This document shows, one piece after another, positions 9,510 through 18,908 of a DNA stretch of 64,000 nt. The DNA is from a virus (Duplodnaviria > Caudoviricetes), in IMG/VR virus record IMGVR_UViG_3300017716_000997, positions 1,033 to 65,032 of that record; one strand, written 5' to 3'. A program made the translations under genes and the position numbers. The stretch's first letter is position 1. Each line of letters begins with the position of its first letter. The notes under the pieces are model-generated. The model was not told the DNA's origin. It saw nothing but the letters and a program-made list of their open reading frames with translations, and ran no database searches.

Positions 9510-9769
9510 CACGGGCATTTCCATCGTTTCAGACTGGCTGCCTTACGGGTAGGGCGACCTTTCTCATCTTTCATTGGACCCGGCATCCCAGACATACGAG
9601 CGCAAAAAGATTTCTTTCGTGCGCCGCCTTCTGGCTGTGGGGCTTTTAAATTACTACCTGTTTTTGCATTATATGCTTTTCTACCTGCCGCAGTCATGCC
9701 AGCACCCTCTTTTGTACTAAGGTAATTTCTACCTTTTCCTTTGGTTGTTTTGCGTATTGGACTAGCCAT
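9509..9769 (-). CDS. Small basic protein (86 aa), apparent HNH target gene
   Basis: GAGMTAAGRKAYNAKTGSNLKAP...KKSFCARM...KAASLKRWKC. Confidence 0.7.
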   Translation of the reverse strand: MASPIRKTTKGKGRNYLSTKEGAGMTAAGRKAYNAKTGSNLKAPQPEGGARKKSFCARMSGMPGPMKDEKGRPTRKAASLKRWKCP

Positions 9770-10338
9770 TATGCAACCTCAAAATTGTTATTTTTTGAAA
9801 TATTATCAATACCACGCATAGCTCTTAAATTGCTAGGAACATGAAGTCCTGATACTAGCTTACCTTGTAATGGGATAATATGGTCTACATGCCAAGGTTC
9901 GCCAGTAATTTTAGTCTGTAGCGCCGCCAATTTATACTCATTTTGGATACGCTCTTTATCAATATCAGTAAGCCACGCAGGAGTTCTCTGAAGTTTAAAA
10001 GCTCTACGAGCTGCTTCGTATGCGGCAACCTTATCTAATCGACCTTTTTGTCTTAGTAATTGATTTATTTTTGATTTCTCATGATCAGCATAGTAATGTT
10101 TTAATGCTTGCTCTTGGCGTGATTCTTTGTTGCGCTGATACTCTGCTGCCCAATTTCTTTTGCTATCACTAGTTATACGCTTATGTTCTCTGCTACAAAA
10201 TCTAGCATTACTGCGCATATGACCAATGTTTATTCCACATAATTCACAAGCACGGCCTTTAGCGGTGAGGCCAGCCCCTTTCGAGACTGGAAGTTTCTCA
10301 CCACGCCCAACTGCAAGAGATGGGGTTTTCTTAGCCAT
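9769..10338 (-). CDS. HNH homing endonuclease
   Basis: Start MAKKTPS at 10338 overlaps upstream stop; CELC...FCSREH zinc motif, TPAWL, WHVDHIIPLQGKLVSGLHVPSNL...NISKNN. Confidence 0.85.
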   Translation of the reverse strand: MAKKTPSLAVGRGEKLPVSKGAGLTAKGRACELCGINIGHMRSNARFCSREHKRITSDSKRNWAAEYQRNKESRQEQALKHYYADHEKSKINQLLRQKGRLDKVAAYEAARRAFKLQRTPAWLTDIDKERIQNEYKLAALQTKITGEPWHVDHIIPLQGKLVSGLHVPSNLRAMRGIDNISKNNNFEVA

Positions 10339-10618
10339 AAAATACAGTAATGCTTGAGTTAGCTGGCAATGACACATAAACGCCATTATCAAAACGAACA
10401 CCTTCGCCCGGTATCAATGTAGCAATAACAGCCGTATTAGTGGTAACGTGAAGTGTTAATCGGTTTGTTCCAGTAGCAGAATTAGAAGTTGTATCATAAA
10501 ACTGAATCTCACCAGCGGTACCGCCGGGAGCTACTTGATAGCCTTTTACTCGTGTTGGACCAGAAAATACCGTAGCATTTCCATCTAAATGCGCTGCTTT
10601 AACGTCAGTTTGCATCAT
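10331..10618 (-). CDS. Small virion structural protein (95 aa)
   Basis: AGGAG RBS; MQTDVKAAHL...GPTRVKG...IPGEGVRFDNGVYV. Confidence 0.65.
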   Translation of the reverse strand: MMQTDVKAAHLDGNATVFSGPTRVKGYQVAPGGTAGEIQFYDTTSNSATGTNRLTLHVTTNTAVIATLIPGEGVRFDNGVYVSLPANSSITVFYG

Positions 10619-10642
10619 AATTAATCTCCTAAAGATGTAAGC

Positions 10643-10658
10643 GGGGGACGAATCCCCC
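10643..10658 (-). other. Intergenic GC-rich hairpin (GGGGGA-TTCG-TCCCCC)
   Basis: Perfect 6-bp stem with UUCG loop on minus strand; no U-tract, so more likely a stabiliser/processing site than a terminator. Confidence 0.5.
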
Positions 10659-10667
10659 TAAGATTAA

Positions 10668-11180
10668 TTAAACGTTTTGCTGACCGTTGTCCGCAACGTA
10701 GTAGCGAATAGACCCAGTTACAGGACCACCAACTGCACCAGCAGTACCAATAGCAGAAGTAACAACGATTAAGTTAGTTGCGTTTGCTACGTTACCTAAA
10801 GATGAACCACCACCTGTGCCACCGATTTGGATAGCTGTACGAGCAGTTAAGTTAGCGTTGTTAGTAAATGCGTTAGGAACGTTTGTGCCTAAAGTACCTG
10901 TTTGACCAGGACCTACGCCGATTAGTGGGGTAAACCCTATGTTACAAGTAGAGTTAGCACCTGTAGATGGGTTAGTAATGTTAACAGTCAATACAACAGC
11001 GTTAGCTGGCAAAATTAAAGCTGGAGCGTTAGTAGCAGAAGAAACTACTACGTTTGCAGTTGTAGATGATGTGTTAGCGATATAAAACTGGGCAACCATG
11101 TCCATCGAACCAGCATAAGCTGTACGAGTTGAGTCACCACCTGTTGAGCGCCATACGGCTGAGGTTGTTGCTAATGCCAT
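10668..11180 (-). CDS. Virion structural protein
   Basis: Likely start MALATTS at 11180 (AAGGA RBS); immediately after the capsid gene. Confidence 0.65.
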   Translation of the reverse strand: MALATTSAVWRSTGGDSTRTAYAGSMDMVAQFYIANTSSTTANVVVSSATNAPALILPANAVVLTVNITNPSTGANSTCNIGFTPLIGVGPGQTGTLGTNVPNAFTNNANLTARTAIQIGGTGGGSSLGNVANATNLIVVTSAIGTAGAVGGPVTGSIRYYVADNGQQNV

Positions 11181-11207
11181 GATAAATTGTCCTTGCATAT
11201 AAGATCA

Positions 11208-11263
11208 GCCTATCAATCAATATGCTGTCTGCCGGGACAGTTTGATAAGCCGGTTTTCCCCGG
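11208..11263 (-). ncRNA. Candidate structured 5-prime leader RNA
   Basis: Minus strand: CCGG/CCGG hairpin, GCTTATCAA...TTGATAGGC outer stem enclosing CTGTC-CCGGCA-GACAG. Confidence 0.4.
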
Positions 11264-11271
11264 TTTCTACG

Positions 11272-11299
11272 ATATTACTACATTTCAAAATAAGTGCAA
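11272..11299 (-). promoter_or_regulatory. Possible sigma70 promoter downstream of capsid terminator
   Basis: TTGCAC-16 nt-TAATAT. Confidence 0.4.
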
Positions 11300-11306
11300 G
11301 CTTTAT

Positions 11307-11342
11307 AAAGAAAAACCCCACCGGGTAGGGTGGGGCTTTCTT
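11307..11342 (-). terminator. Rho-independent terminator after major capsid gene
   Basis: CCCCACC-6 nt-GGTGGGG stem followed by TTTTTCTTT on minus strand. Confidence 0.8.
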
Positions 11343-11360
11343 GTAGCTGGGGAGCTTTGA

Positions 11361-12269
11361 TTAAGCGCCAGCAGAGCCAAACATTCCGAGTGGATCAGAC
11401 CAACCGAAAGAATAACGCTCACGAGACTTGTAACGAACGTTACCAGTATCGAAGTCGCCGTCCATGCTGTTGCTCAAAGGAGTACGAACGAAATGCTTCA
11501 TACCGTTTGGAACATCAGTTGTCAGGAACCAAGCATTGGTGTCGGTCAAGAAGTGGTTAACAGCGTAACCTTCAGAGACAGAACCGTTGTTCTTGATAGC
11601 GTTGATGTCGTTGTCGTTTGTACCAACACGCAATTCAGTTTCGAGCAAACGAGTTGACACGAACTGTAATGCAGGAGGAACAACCAACTTCTTAGGCTTA
11701 GCAGCGATCAAGAGACCACGCTCATCAGTCCAAGCAGCGATTTGAATTACAGCGGCTTCCAAAGAAGTCTCATTCAAGTCAGCAGGAGTAGATGGAACGT
11801 TGCTGTTAACACCACCAGATACCAAAGGATGCTGAGCGCTGAACAGAGGAACGCCGTCGCCACCGTTGTAACCAGTGGTGAAACCGTTATTCAATACAGC
11901 AGCAGCTTTAACCTGCTTGGTATAAGCCATAGCACGAGCCAAAGACTTGGTATAGCGAGCTGATAAAGAATCGTAGAGGTTGTCTTCGATTGCTTCTTCA
12001 GTCAAGCTAAAGCCCAAGGCAATAGTTTCGTGGTTGTAGCGAGCTGTCCATGCTTCTTGAGCATTGTCATAAGCGATGGCTGAGCCTTCGTTTTTGACAG
12101 GAGCTGCAGAGAAACCTGACAGTTTTGTTTCTTCTTCAAATGAACGCTCAGAGGTCTCTGTTTCATAGATCTCTTTGTGTTCTTCGCCGTAGCGAGCATA
12201 CTCAAGTCCAAACAAGGCATTGAGTCCGGGTAATAGCTCTTTTAGGAGCTGCGCACGAGAAATAGCCAT
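11361..12269 (-). CDS. Major capsid protein (302 aa)
   Basis: MAISRAQLLKELLPGLNALFG, FEEETKLSGF, YSFGWSDPLG; strongly biased codon usage; followed by terminator. Confidence 0.9.
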   Translation of the reverse strand: MAISRAQLLKELLPGLNALFGLEYARYGEEHKEIYETETSERSFEEETKLSGFSAAPVKNEGSAIAYDNAQEAWTARYNHETIALGFSLTEEAIEDNLYDSLSARYTKSLARAMAYTKQVKAAAVLNNGFTTGYNGGDGVPLFSAQHPLVSGGVNSNVPSTPADLNETSLEAAVIQIAAWTDERGLLIAAKPKKLVVPPALQFVSTRLLETELRVGTNDNDINAIKNNGSVSEGYAVNHFLTDTNAWFLTTDVPNGMKHFVRTPLSNSMDGDFDTGNVRYKSRERYSFGWSDPLGMFGSAGA

Positions 12270-12279
12270 TTAAAGCTCC

Positions 12280-12906
12280 TTATAGATAATTCTGGGCGGC
12301 TGCCAACAGAATTTGTGGGTTATTCAATTTAACAATCACTTCAGTGTAAGCGTTGTTACCGGATGCTGTCTCAGGGACAACTGCTACTACACGAACAGGC
12401 AATGCCGCTGCGTTACCAGTACCTGATACAGGAGCAACAACGGATAAACCGGAGTTACCTGTAGTAGATGAACCAGTACCTTGGCGGATAGACAAGTTTG
12501 TGCCAACAACAGAAGCGTTAGCAGTAGTTACAGTAGTATTACCAGAGAAGGTAACAGCTACTTTAAATGCTGCTTGTGAATCGTCAACGATGTAAGCAAT
12601 AGCTGAAGAAGCTGAAGAATTACCTGGGTAATACTGAGCTTGTACAGTCTGTTGCTGTGAGTTAACGTACTGAACACCTACAAACACACCATAAGTGAGG
12701 TTTGCTGTGTTGTCAGTTGTAGAGTCAACAGTTACGTTTGACTTGATAATGCTACCACCCTTGACCATAACGATGTCGCCGTTGAAGATCGCAGTATTAT
12801 AAGTACTGGCAATCGGTAGCTGACGTGTAGCCCCAGCATAGGGCATAAAGTCAACACGGTTAATCGCTTCTAGACCATAGGGAGCTGAAACGGTTGGATA
12901 AGCCAT
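12280..12906 (-). CDS. Capsid decoration/minor capsid protein (208 aa)
   Basis: IASTYNTAIFNGDIV, GVFVGVQY; immediately upstream of MCP with strong RBS. Confidence 0.6.
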   Translation of the reverse strand: MAYPTVSAPYGLEAINRVDFMPYAGATRQLPIASTYNTAIFNGDIVMVKGGSIIKSNVTVDSTTDNTANLTYGVFVGVQYVNSQQQTVQAQYYPGNSSASSAIAYIVDDSQAAFKVAVTFSGNTTVTTANASVVGTNLSIRQGTGSSTTGNSGLSVVAPVSGTGNAAALPVRVVAVVPETASGNNAYTEVIVKLNNPQILLAAAQNYL

Positions 12907-12931
12907 TTAAATCTCCTAATAAGTTAAAAAG

Positions 12932-13384
12932 TTAGTTGTTACCTTTGCCAAAGCTAGTCGTGGATTTGTTCTCTTTAAAGAGTGGCATCCTTGGGTCGCT
13001 TTGACGCATCAAGTTATTGTCTACGGCATCAGTCTGAGATGCGCTTTGCTTGGCGTAATAAGCGTTACGCTGCTCCACGAACTCAGTTGGTGTCTTACAC
13101 AATAACAAGCCGCCGATCTCAATGTTGTCTTTAAAACGACTTTGAGGATCAACTAACAGTTGAAATTTGGGTTGTTCTTCAATGCGCACTGGCTCCCAAC
13201 CTTCCCGTAATTTAGCGGAAAGATTGCGTGGATCAGCAGCGTTCAAATTAGCAACACGTACCCAGCGATATGAATACCCAGCCTCTTTATCAGGCTCAGG
13301 AAGTAACTCAGGTTGCGCCCACTGTTGGGGACGTTCAAACGTTGCTCTAGTATCTACATCACGTTTAATTCTTGCTTCAGCCAT
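12932..13384 (-). CDS. Conserved head-module hypothetical protein (150 aa)
   Basis: GYSYRWVR...KLREGWEPV...IEIGGLLLCK. Confidence 0.6.
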   Translation of the reverse strand: MAEARIKRDVDTRATFERPQQWAQPELLPEPDKEAGYSYRWVRVANLNAADPRNLSAKLREGWEPVRIEEQPKFQLLVDPQSRFKDNIEIGGLLLCKTPTEFVEQRNAYYAKQSASQTDAVDNNLMRQSDPRMPLFKENKSTTSFGKGNN

Positions 13385-14345
13385 TTTGGGCCTCCAATTT
13401 AGTTAGTTCACGGGCATACTGCTCTGGGGTTAAACCCAGTTTCTTCGCTAATGCGACTTGGGTTTTACTAATACGAATCTTTTTCGGAGACGTACTTCTG
13501 GTTGCCGGAGCGACGACCGTACTAGCTTTAGGCCGATTAACCTTAGCGGGTTCATCAGTCTCTACTTCTTGTTCCCCATCAAAATTCTCAGGAAAACGTT
13601 TTCGCATCGTTTTATCAATGCTTTCGTAGTAATCATCAGATCCAGCCGGGATCCCATTACGTACTAATTTTTCGTGCAATCCAAGCGCCAAGCTGGTCAT
13701 TTCCTCATCGGATCCGAACCAATCGTTTTGCTTTTGCCATGCAATAGCCTTACGATCAGGCGCATTTACTTGCGGTTGTTGTATTTGTACATCAAATTGT
13801 TCTTCTTGAGAAGCTTTTTTAAACTGTGGTTGATAATTTTCTGCTTTATCCATCCGAAACTTCGCATTTGTCATGCGTTCTTGGGCTTCTAATAGCTTAT
13901 CAGCGTCACCAGACTCATAGGCGGACTTAAAATCTTGCTTTGCCGACTCTAATTCTGACAGTGCTGCACTTTTTACTGTATCAACATACACAGATTCACC
14001 GTTATGAAGACGTTCTTTGAGCATTTTGTTCTCAGCCAACGCTTTTTTAGCTAGGTTAATCGCTTCATGCTGCTCACGAATAGCCGCTTCCTTCTCACGA
14101 CGCTCTTGATGCCAGACTTTCTTCGCTTCCTTGAGGGCTGCGTTTTGGTCATTGTTGAATTTCTCTAGATTTTCTTCTTCTAAAGCCTCAACTACCTCTG
14201 GATCTACAGCTTTACGGTTGCGATCCTGTGGGGGAACATCATTTTCAATCTCAATCTCGAACTCTTCGCTAGATTCAGTCTCAGGCTTAGCCTTTACCTC
14301 ATCAGGAAACTCGAATTCTTCTAATTCCATCTTGTTTTCAGCCAT
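13377..14345 (-). CDS. Capsid scaffolding protein (322 aa)
   Basis: Acidic coiled coil, AWQKQNDWFG, C-terminal VALAKKLGLTPEQYA; between portal and MCP. Confidence 0.75.
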   Translation of the reverse strand: MAENKMELEEFEFPDEVKAKPETESSEEFEIEIENDVPPQDRNRKAVDPEVVEALEEENLEKFNNDQNAALKEAKKVWHQERREKEAAIREQHEAINLAKKALAENKMLKERLHNGESVYVDTVKSAALSELESAKQDFKSAYESGDADKLLEAQERMTNAKFRMDKAENYQPQFKKASQEEQFDVQIQQPQVNAPDRKAIAWQKQNDWFGSDEEMTSLALGLHEKLVRNGIPAGSDDYYESIDKTMRKRFPENFDGEQEVETDEPAKVNRPKASTVVAPATRSTSPKKIRISKTQVALAKKLGLTPEQYARELTKLEAQNG

Positions 14346-14355
14346 TTATAGCTCC

Positions 14356-14760
14356 TTAAGCACGTGTGATGCCACGTGGATCCTGTACTACGGCTTCCAC
14401 AACGTCATCATTGATCATCCTGAACTCACGACCGTGAATTAACAGGCGTGTTCCAGCGTTTGGTCTGACAATTACGAAATCACCCTTTTGACACCATGCT
14501 CCGTTGGGGAATCTTTTCTCATCTTTATAGCAATCCGGTCCCATTTCGACCACAAATAGTACTGTTGCCAGCTTTTCTTCATAGTTGATGGTTTGGTCGG
14601 ACTTTAATAGACCACTTTCGTACTCATTGTCCACTTCTGGGATAGCGCAAAGGATGCGATAGCCTGAAGGAATAGGGAGTTGCTGTGCTTTTTCTTCTGG
14701 AGCTTTATCCAGTAATGCTGATAAATCTACTGCTCTATCTAATGCTAAGTGGTCACTCAT
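14356..14760 (-). CDS. groES: GroES-like co-chaperonin (Cpn10)
   Basis: PSGYRILCAI...SGLL...VVEMGPDCY...GDFVIV...EFRMINDDVVEAVV matches Cpn10 layout. Confidence 0.8.
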   Translation of the reverse strand: MSDHLALDRAVDLSALLDKAPEEKAQQLPIPSGYRILCAIPEVDNEYESGLLKSDQTINYEEKLATVLFVVEMGPDCYKDEKRFPNGAWCQKGDFVIVRPNAGTRLLIHGREFRMINDDVVEAVVQDPRGITRA

Positions 14761-14941
14761 CGGAGTTCTCCATATTTTTCTGAAGGTCTAGGGTTATTGC
14801 GCATGCGGACTCTAGACCTCGAATCTGACCGCATGTGTACTTATATTCCTCAAAACTCGTGCAGCTACCTCTTTTCAATGCCTCACTGAGCATCTCAATT
14901 CGGTCTCTAGCTTCTTTGAGCACTACATCTAAAGGATCCAT
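14753..14941 (-). CDS. Small hypothetical protein (62 aa)
   Basis: SFEEYKYTCGQIRGLE; coupled to portal and GroES. Confidence 0.65.
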   Translation of the reverse strand: MDPLDVVLKEARDRIEMLSEALKRGSCTSFEEYKYTCGQIRGLESACAITLDLQKNMENSDE

Positions 14942-17412
14942 TAATCACCTTTCGTGGGTTTCTCCTTCTGCTTGGACATCTGTTGACTGTGCTTGCCGAT
15001 GTCCACCGCAAGCTTCGCATGTTCAATCTCACTTTGAATAGAGAGTTGAGTACGATCTTTTTCAACCTTAGTTTGATTCTGCATAGAAGCAATGCGTTCT
15101 TGAGAAGCGATACGCTCCCGTTCAATTTGCATTTGTTCTGCTTTTGCCTGTGCATCAATCTGAACTTTTTGTTGAGATGTTTGTGCTTCCTGCTGCTTGA
15201 TTTGCAATTCAGCTTGCTGGATCTGTAGCATCGGATCTTGAGCCTGCTGTTGTGCTTGTTGCTGTGCAACTTGTGATTGGCTTTGTTGCAACAGCTTCTG
15301 TGCTGCGGGCGCCGCCAAACGAGCAATTTGTAATTCAACTTCTTCTGGTACTTCGTAGTCATCTTCTTCAGAGTAAGGGATTGGAACGCCAATCATCTCT
15401 TCCATTTGACGACGATATTCGTATCCAACGTGTTCTTGGATATGAGACATCATTGCGCCTAGAATCATTTGAGCATTAGGGTTTTGCCCCATCAACTGCA
15501 TGATTTTTGGATCTTGCATTGCTGCCATATGAACAGTAATATGGGCTTGATGATCTTGATAAATAAATGCCTTCAGTGGCTCCATCTTAAATGCGGCCAT
15601 ATTCTCCGAGATTGGATCTCTTGGTTTCTGGTCGTCTGGCATTGGTACTAATTTGTTAGCGTCTTTTAATCCAAGTACATCAAGCATCTGACGGTGGAGT
15701 AGTGGCATGTTGTAAAGCTGAGGCGCAGACTGAGCTAACTGAAGAGCAGCTTGATACTGCATAATCTTCTGGCTCATCGTTGCTGCATTAGGATCGCTTA
15801 CTGGAATGACATCTACATCATCGTAGTCAGACTTCTTAGCAGAACGGCGTCCTTCAGATGGCTCATAGCTATAATCTTCAGGAGTGTAGTCAGCGATAAT
15901 TTTCTTTAATAGCTTGAACTCTTGCTTCATTGAATAATGAATACGGGCTTGTACCGCAGACATTACTTTTAACGTTCTTTCCAAGATTGCGAGGGTTGTC
16001 CCTACTGGGGTATTCCCTGACATATCCGCAACCTTCATATCGGCAGCAGAAGCAAAGCGACGACCTTCGTCAACAATCTTATCTAACAAGCCAGCCAGAA
16101 CCATTGACGGTTCTTTGTATGGCAATGGCATGATGTTGTCTTTCATCGTTCCTGATGGAACGTCTACATCACGGAACTCACCTGGAGCTATCGGTGTGTC
16201 ATCGCCTTTGACTCGCAAGCCACGGGTCTTAAAGCCACCTGGCAAATTCGAGAGTGATCCTGCATCGACAAGCTGGCGCAAAATGGAAGTACCAGATTTA
16301 GCAAAAGCGCCGATAAGATGGATAAGGCCAAAACAGTAAAAACCAAAGCCGGGAATATACCCGTAGTGAACAAAGTGCTGACGCTTTTTATTAGTCTCAT
16401 CATCTGGGTTCCAATTTCTGCGGATCGCTAAAATCGTATTCGATCCTTTTTCAATTGTTACAACATAAGGAAGAGCAATACCAGTTGGCTCTCCTTGGTC
16501 ATCGGTATGCTCGTAACCAGCTAAATCTAAGTTAACGTGCATTTCCAAGACTTTGTAACGGTCATCAGAAGTTGCTCTAAAGCCAAGCTTTTCTGCAATC
16601 TTCTTCTCTACTTCATCTAATACGTTATCTGGAGTACCTAAGTCAATATCTCGGTAGAAACCCGAATGCTGTAAACGCAGTAAATCGTTTTCAGTCTTAC
16701 GCATGACATGGGTTACACGCTCTGCCGACTCTAGGTTTGAAGCTCCATAAGGAACAACGATGTCCTCTGCAGGAACAAACATAGATACTTGGCGATTTAA
16801 AGAAGGGTCAAAGTACACCTTCTTAAATGCGTTACCAGCGATACCTAAACTCCAAAGCATTCTTTCATGCTCAGGGCGATATTCTTGCATCACATCTGTC
16901 AACTGATAGTTCATGTCAGCCGTTACACGTTCAGCAGCATCTTTCTTATCTGGTGTTTCTTTGCCGATAATCTGAGTCTTTACAGGACCAGAAGCTGGGA
17001 AAGTAGACATCATGGTTTCTGCTTGGAACTTCACTACTGCTTCAGATAGGAGTGGATGATAGACTCCGCAAGCGCCTTCCCATGGTTCAGTTCTTTCTTC
17101 AATCTTTAGACCAAGAAGTTCTAATCCATCTACGTAGGTTTGAATCCAATCTTTACGAGAAGAGATGTCATTATCAAAGTCGCCGATCAAATCACCAGCG
17201 ATAGAAGACAATTCACCCTCATCCATGAATTCGGCTAAGTTGGCATCAAAGTCATCTTCGCCTTCTTCCATTGGCTCGATTTCAATTTCAAGTCCATCTA
17301 TACCAATTGTTACTGATTCAGGATCTACAATCTCGATCTCCATCTCAGGTTCTTGTTCTGCCAGTGCGTCGATTCCGACTGGGGTTTGGTATAGTGCTTT
17401 ATCAATGGCCAT
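14941..17412 (-). CDS. Portal protein (823 aa)
   Basis: EPWEGACGVYHPLL, GNAFKKVYFDP, GFGFYCFGL, LVDAGSLSNLPGGFK; Q-rich C-terminal barrel; follows TerL. Confidence 0.9.
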   Translation of the reverse strand: MAIDKALYQTPVGIDALAEQEPEMEIEIVDPESVTIGIDGLEIEIEPMEEGEDDFDANLAEFMDEGELSSIAGDLIGDFDNDISSRKDWIQTYVDGLELLGLKIEERTEPWEGACGVYHPLLSEAVVKFQAETMMSTFPASGPVKTQIIGKETPDKKDAAERVTADMNYQLTDVMQEYRPEHERMLWSLGIAGNAFKKVYFDPSLNRQVSMFVPAEDIVVPYGASNLESAERVTHVMRKTENDLLRLQHSGFYRDIDLGTPDNVLDEVEKKIAEKLGFRATSDDRYKVLEMHVNLDLAGYEHTDDQGEPTGIALPYVVTIEKGSNTILAIRRNWNPDDETNKKRQHFVHYGYIPGFGFYCFGLIHLIGAFAKSGTSILRQLVDAGSLSNLPGGFKTRGLRVKGDDTPIAPGEFRDVDVPSGTMKDNIMPLPYKEPSMVLAGLLDKIVDEGRRFASAADMKVADMSGNTPVGTTLAILERTLKVMSAVQARIHYSMKQEFKLLKKIIADYTPEDYSYEPSEGRRSAKKSDYDDVDVIPVSDPNAATMSQKIMQYQAALQLAQSAPQLYNMPLLHRQMLDVLGLKDANKLVPMPDDQKPRDPISENMAAFKMEPLKAFIYQDHQAHITVHMAAMQDPKIMQLMGQNPNAQMILGAMMSHIQEHVGYEYRRQMEEMIGVPIPYSEEDDYEVPEEVELQIARLAAPAAQKLLQQSQSQVAQQQAQQQAQDPMLQIQQAELQIKQQEAQTSQQKVQIDAQAKAEQMQIERERIASQERIASMQNQTKVEKDRTQLSIQSEIEHAKLAVDIGKHSQQMSKQKEKPTKGD

Positions 17413-17420
17413 ATTGGTTC

Positions 17421-18908
17421 CTAGTAATACGCAGCTTTGCGTCTATAAAATTGTGGTTCGTCTTGATCATCTGAGGGTAGGGAAACAAATCCGCCTTTCC
17501 GAAAGCGAATCAATGCTTGAGTAGAGGAGTCCACTAAGTCATCGTGATCCGAGTTTGGGAAAGCAGCCATCTCTTCCATCACTTCATCAGCCCATCTTGT
17601 CCCCGGCGCCCACACTTTGCCGGAGGCAAATAAATCTGTTACAGAATTCAATCGGGCTATCTTATCATTGCCACGAGTAGGTGTAAACTCTGATACAGGG
17701 ATACCCATGCGTCTCAATTCAAATATTAGCGGGGCGCCAGACGCCTTAGCCTCTACGATAAACGCATCGGGTTCCCATTCTTTATACATTCTGATGGCTT
17801 TAGCCTTCAGTTCAGGAAACTCCATACGTTCTTTAAAGGCATCCAAAAGAATGATATGGGGGTCTCTTTCATCTTCGTCCTTGTAGAAAACTCCCCAAGT
17901 TGTACAAGCAGAGTAGTCGCTTCGCTCGTTTTTTGTAAAGGCAGTATCCCAAGATTGAATAACAAAATTGCAGTTTGGTGGTCGATCTGATTCCCAAAGC
18001 TTCCACCATTCACGTTTTACAAGGGCGCCCTCTTCACTCGTGGGGGATTGCTGATACTGCGCATTCCATTTGGAAACAGGCAATTCTTCTTTTAAGGCAA
18101 GGAGTTCAGTTAACGGCCAGAACGCAGGCCATAATGGTTTGTCATCTGGCAATATTGCAGGGAAGTTAATCACATCCCACATATCCCCGTCCCGCTCAAT
18201 GGAAGACTTTAAAATCTTGCCCGTTAAGTCCCTCAGACTCCAGCGTGTCATAACAACTACAATGGCGCCGCCTGGTTGCAGACGTTGTCTCGGTCCAGAG
18301 GAATACCATTCATAGACCTTATCGTAGACTTCTGGGTTAGTGGCTGCTATCGCCGCCTCTTGCTCCGAGTGAGGATCGTCAATAATGAGCAGATCAGCTC
18401 CCTTACCCGTAACAGTACCGCCAACACCAATAGCAAAATAATCGCCATTGGCATTAGTAGCCCAACGACCAGCAGCCTTAGAGTCAGATCTAAGAGCGAC
18501 ATTCGGAAATATCTTTGAGTATGCTTCGCTACCAACTAGGTTCCTCACTTTCCTACCAAAACCCACAGCAAGTTCTGCGGTATTAGAACACTGAATAATC
18601 TTCTTGCCAGGGTACTTTCCAAGAAACCAAGCGGGCAACAGATAGGAGGCAAACTCACTCTTGGTATGTCGTGGTGGCATATTGATGATAAGACGTTTAC
18701 ATTTACCATCGGCAATTTCTTGGAACTTCTTAGCCATAATCTTGTGGTGCGGTCCATCTACAAATCCGGGCCACATCTGATGCACAAAGTCCATAAAGTC
18801 TATTTGGGCTTTTTCCCGTTTAAGCGACTCCATGTAGTCGGCAGCCATCCGGAAGAACTCTTCCCGCTCCCCTACTGGTAACTGCTCAACGATTTTTTCA
18901 ATATCCAA
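17421..18908 (-). CDS. terL: Terminase large subunit (495 aa)
   Basis: INMPPRHTKS (Walker A), LLIIDDP (Walker B), VVMTRW, QSWDTA, HDDLVDS nuclease motif. Confidence 0.95.
   Translation of the reverse strand: MDIEKIVEQLPVGEREEFFRMAADYMESLKREKAQIDFMDFVHQMWPGFVDGPHHKIMAKKFQEIADGKCKRLIINMPPRHTKSEFASYLLPAWFLGKYPGKKIIQCSNTAELAVGFGRKVRNLVGSEAYSKIFPNVALRSDSKAAGRWATNANGDYFAIGVGGTVTGKGADLLIIDDPHSEQEAAIAATNPEVYDKVYEWYSSGPRQRLQPGGAIVVVMTRWSLRDLTGKILKSSIERDGDMWDVINFPAILPDDKPLWPAFWPLTELLALKEELPVSKWNAQYQQSPTSEEGALVKREWWKLWESDRPPNCNFVIQSWDTAFTKNERSDYSACTTWGVFYKDEDERDPHIILLDAFKERMEFPELKAKAIRMYKEWEPDAFIVEAKASGAPLIFELRRMGIPVSEFTPTRGNDKIARLNSVTDLFASGKVWAPGTRWADEVMEEMAAFPNSDHDDLVDSSTQALIRFRKGGFVSLPSDDQDEPQFYRRKAAYY

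Noticed and set aside
11208-11263. SAM-I riboswitch or hammerhead ribozyme identity for the leader RNA
   Set aside because: CTTATCAA resembles the SAM-I 5-prime end but the rest of the core is missing; no CUGAUGA hammerhead core
14907-15392. 161-aa alternative-frame ORF in the portal C-terminus
   Set aside because: Explained by the CAA/CAG-rich Gln stretch lacking stops; no RBS or motif
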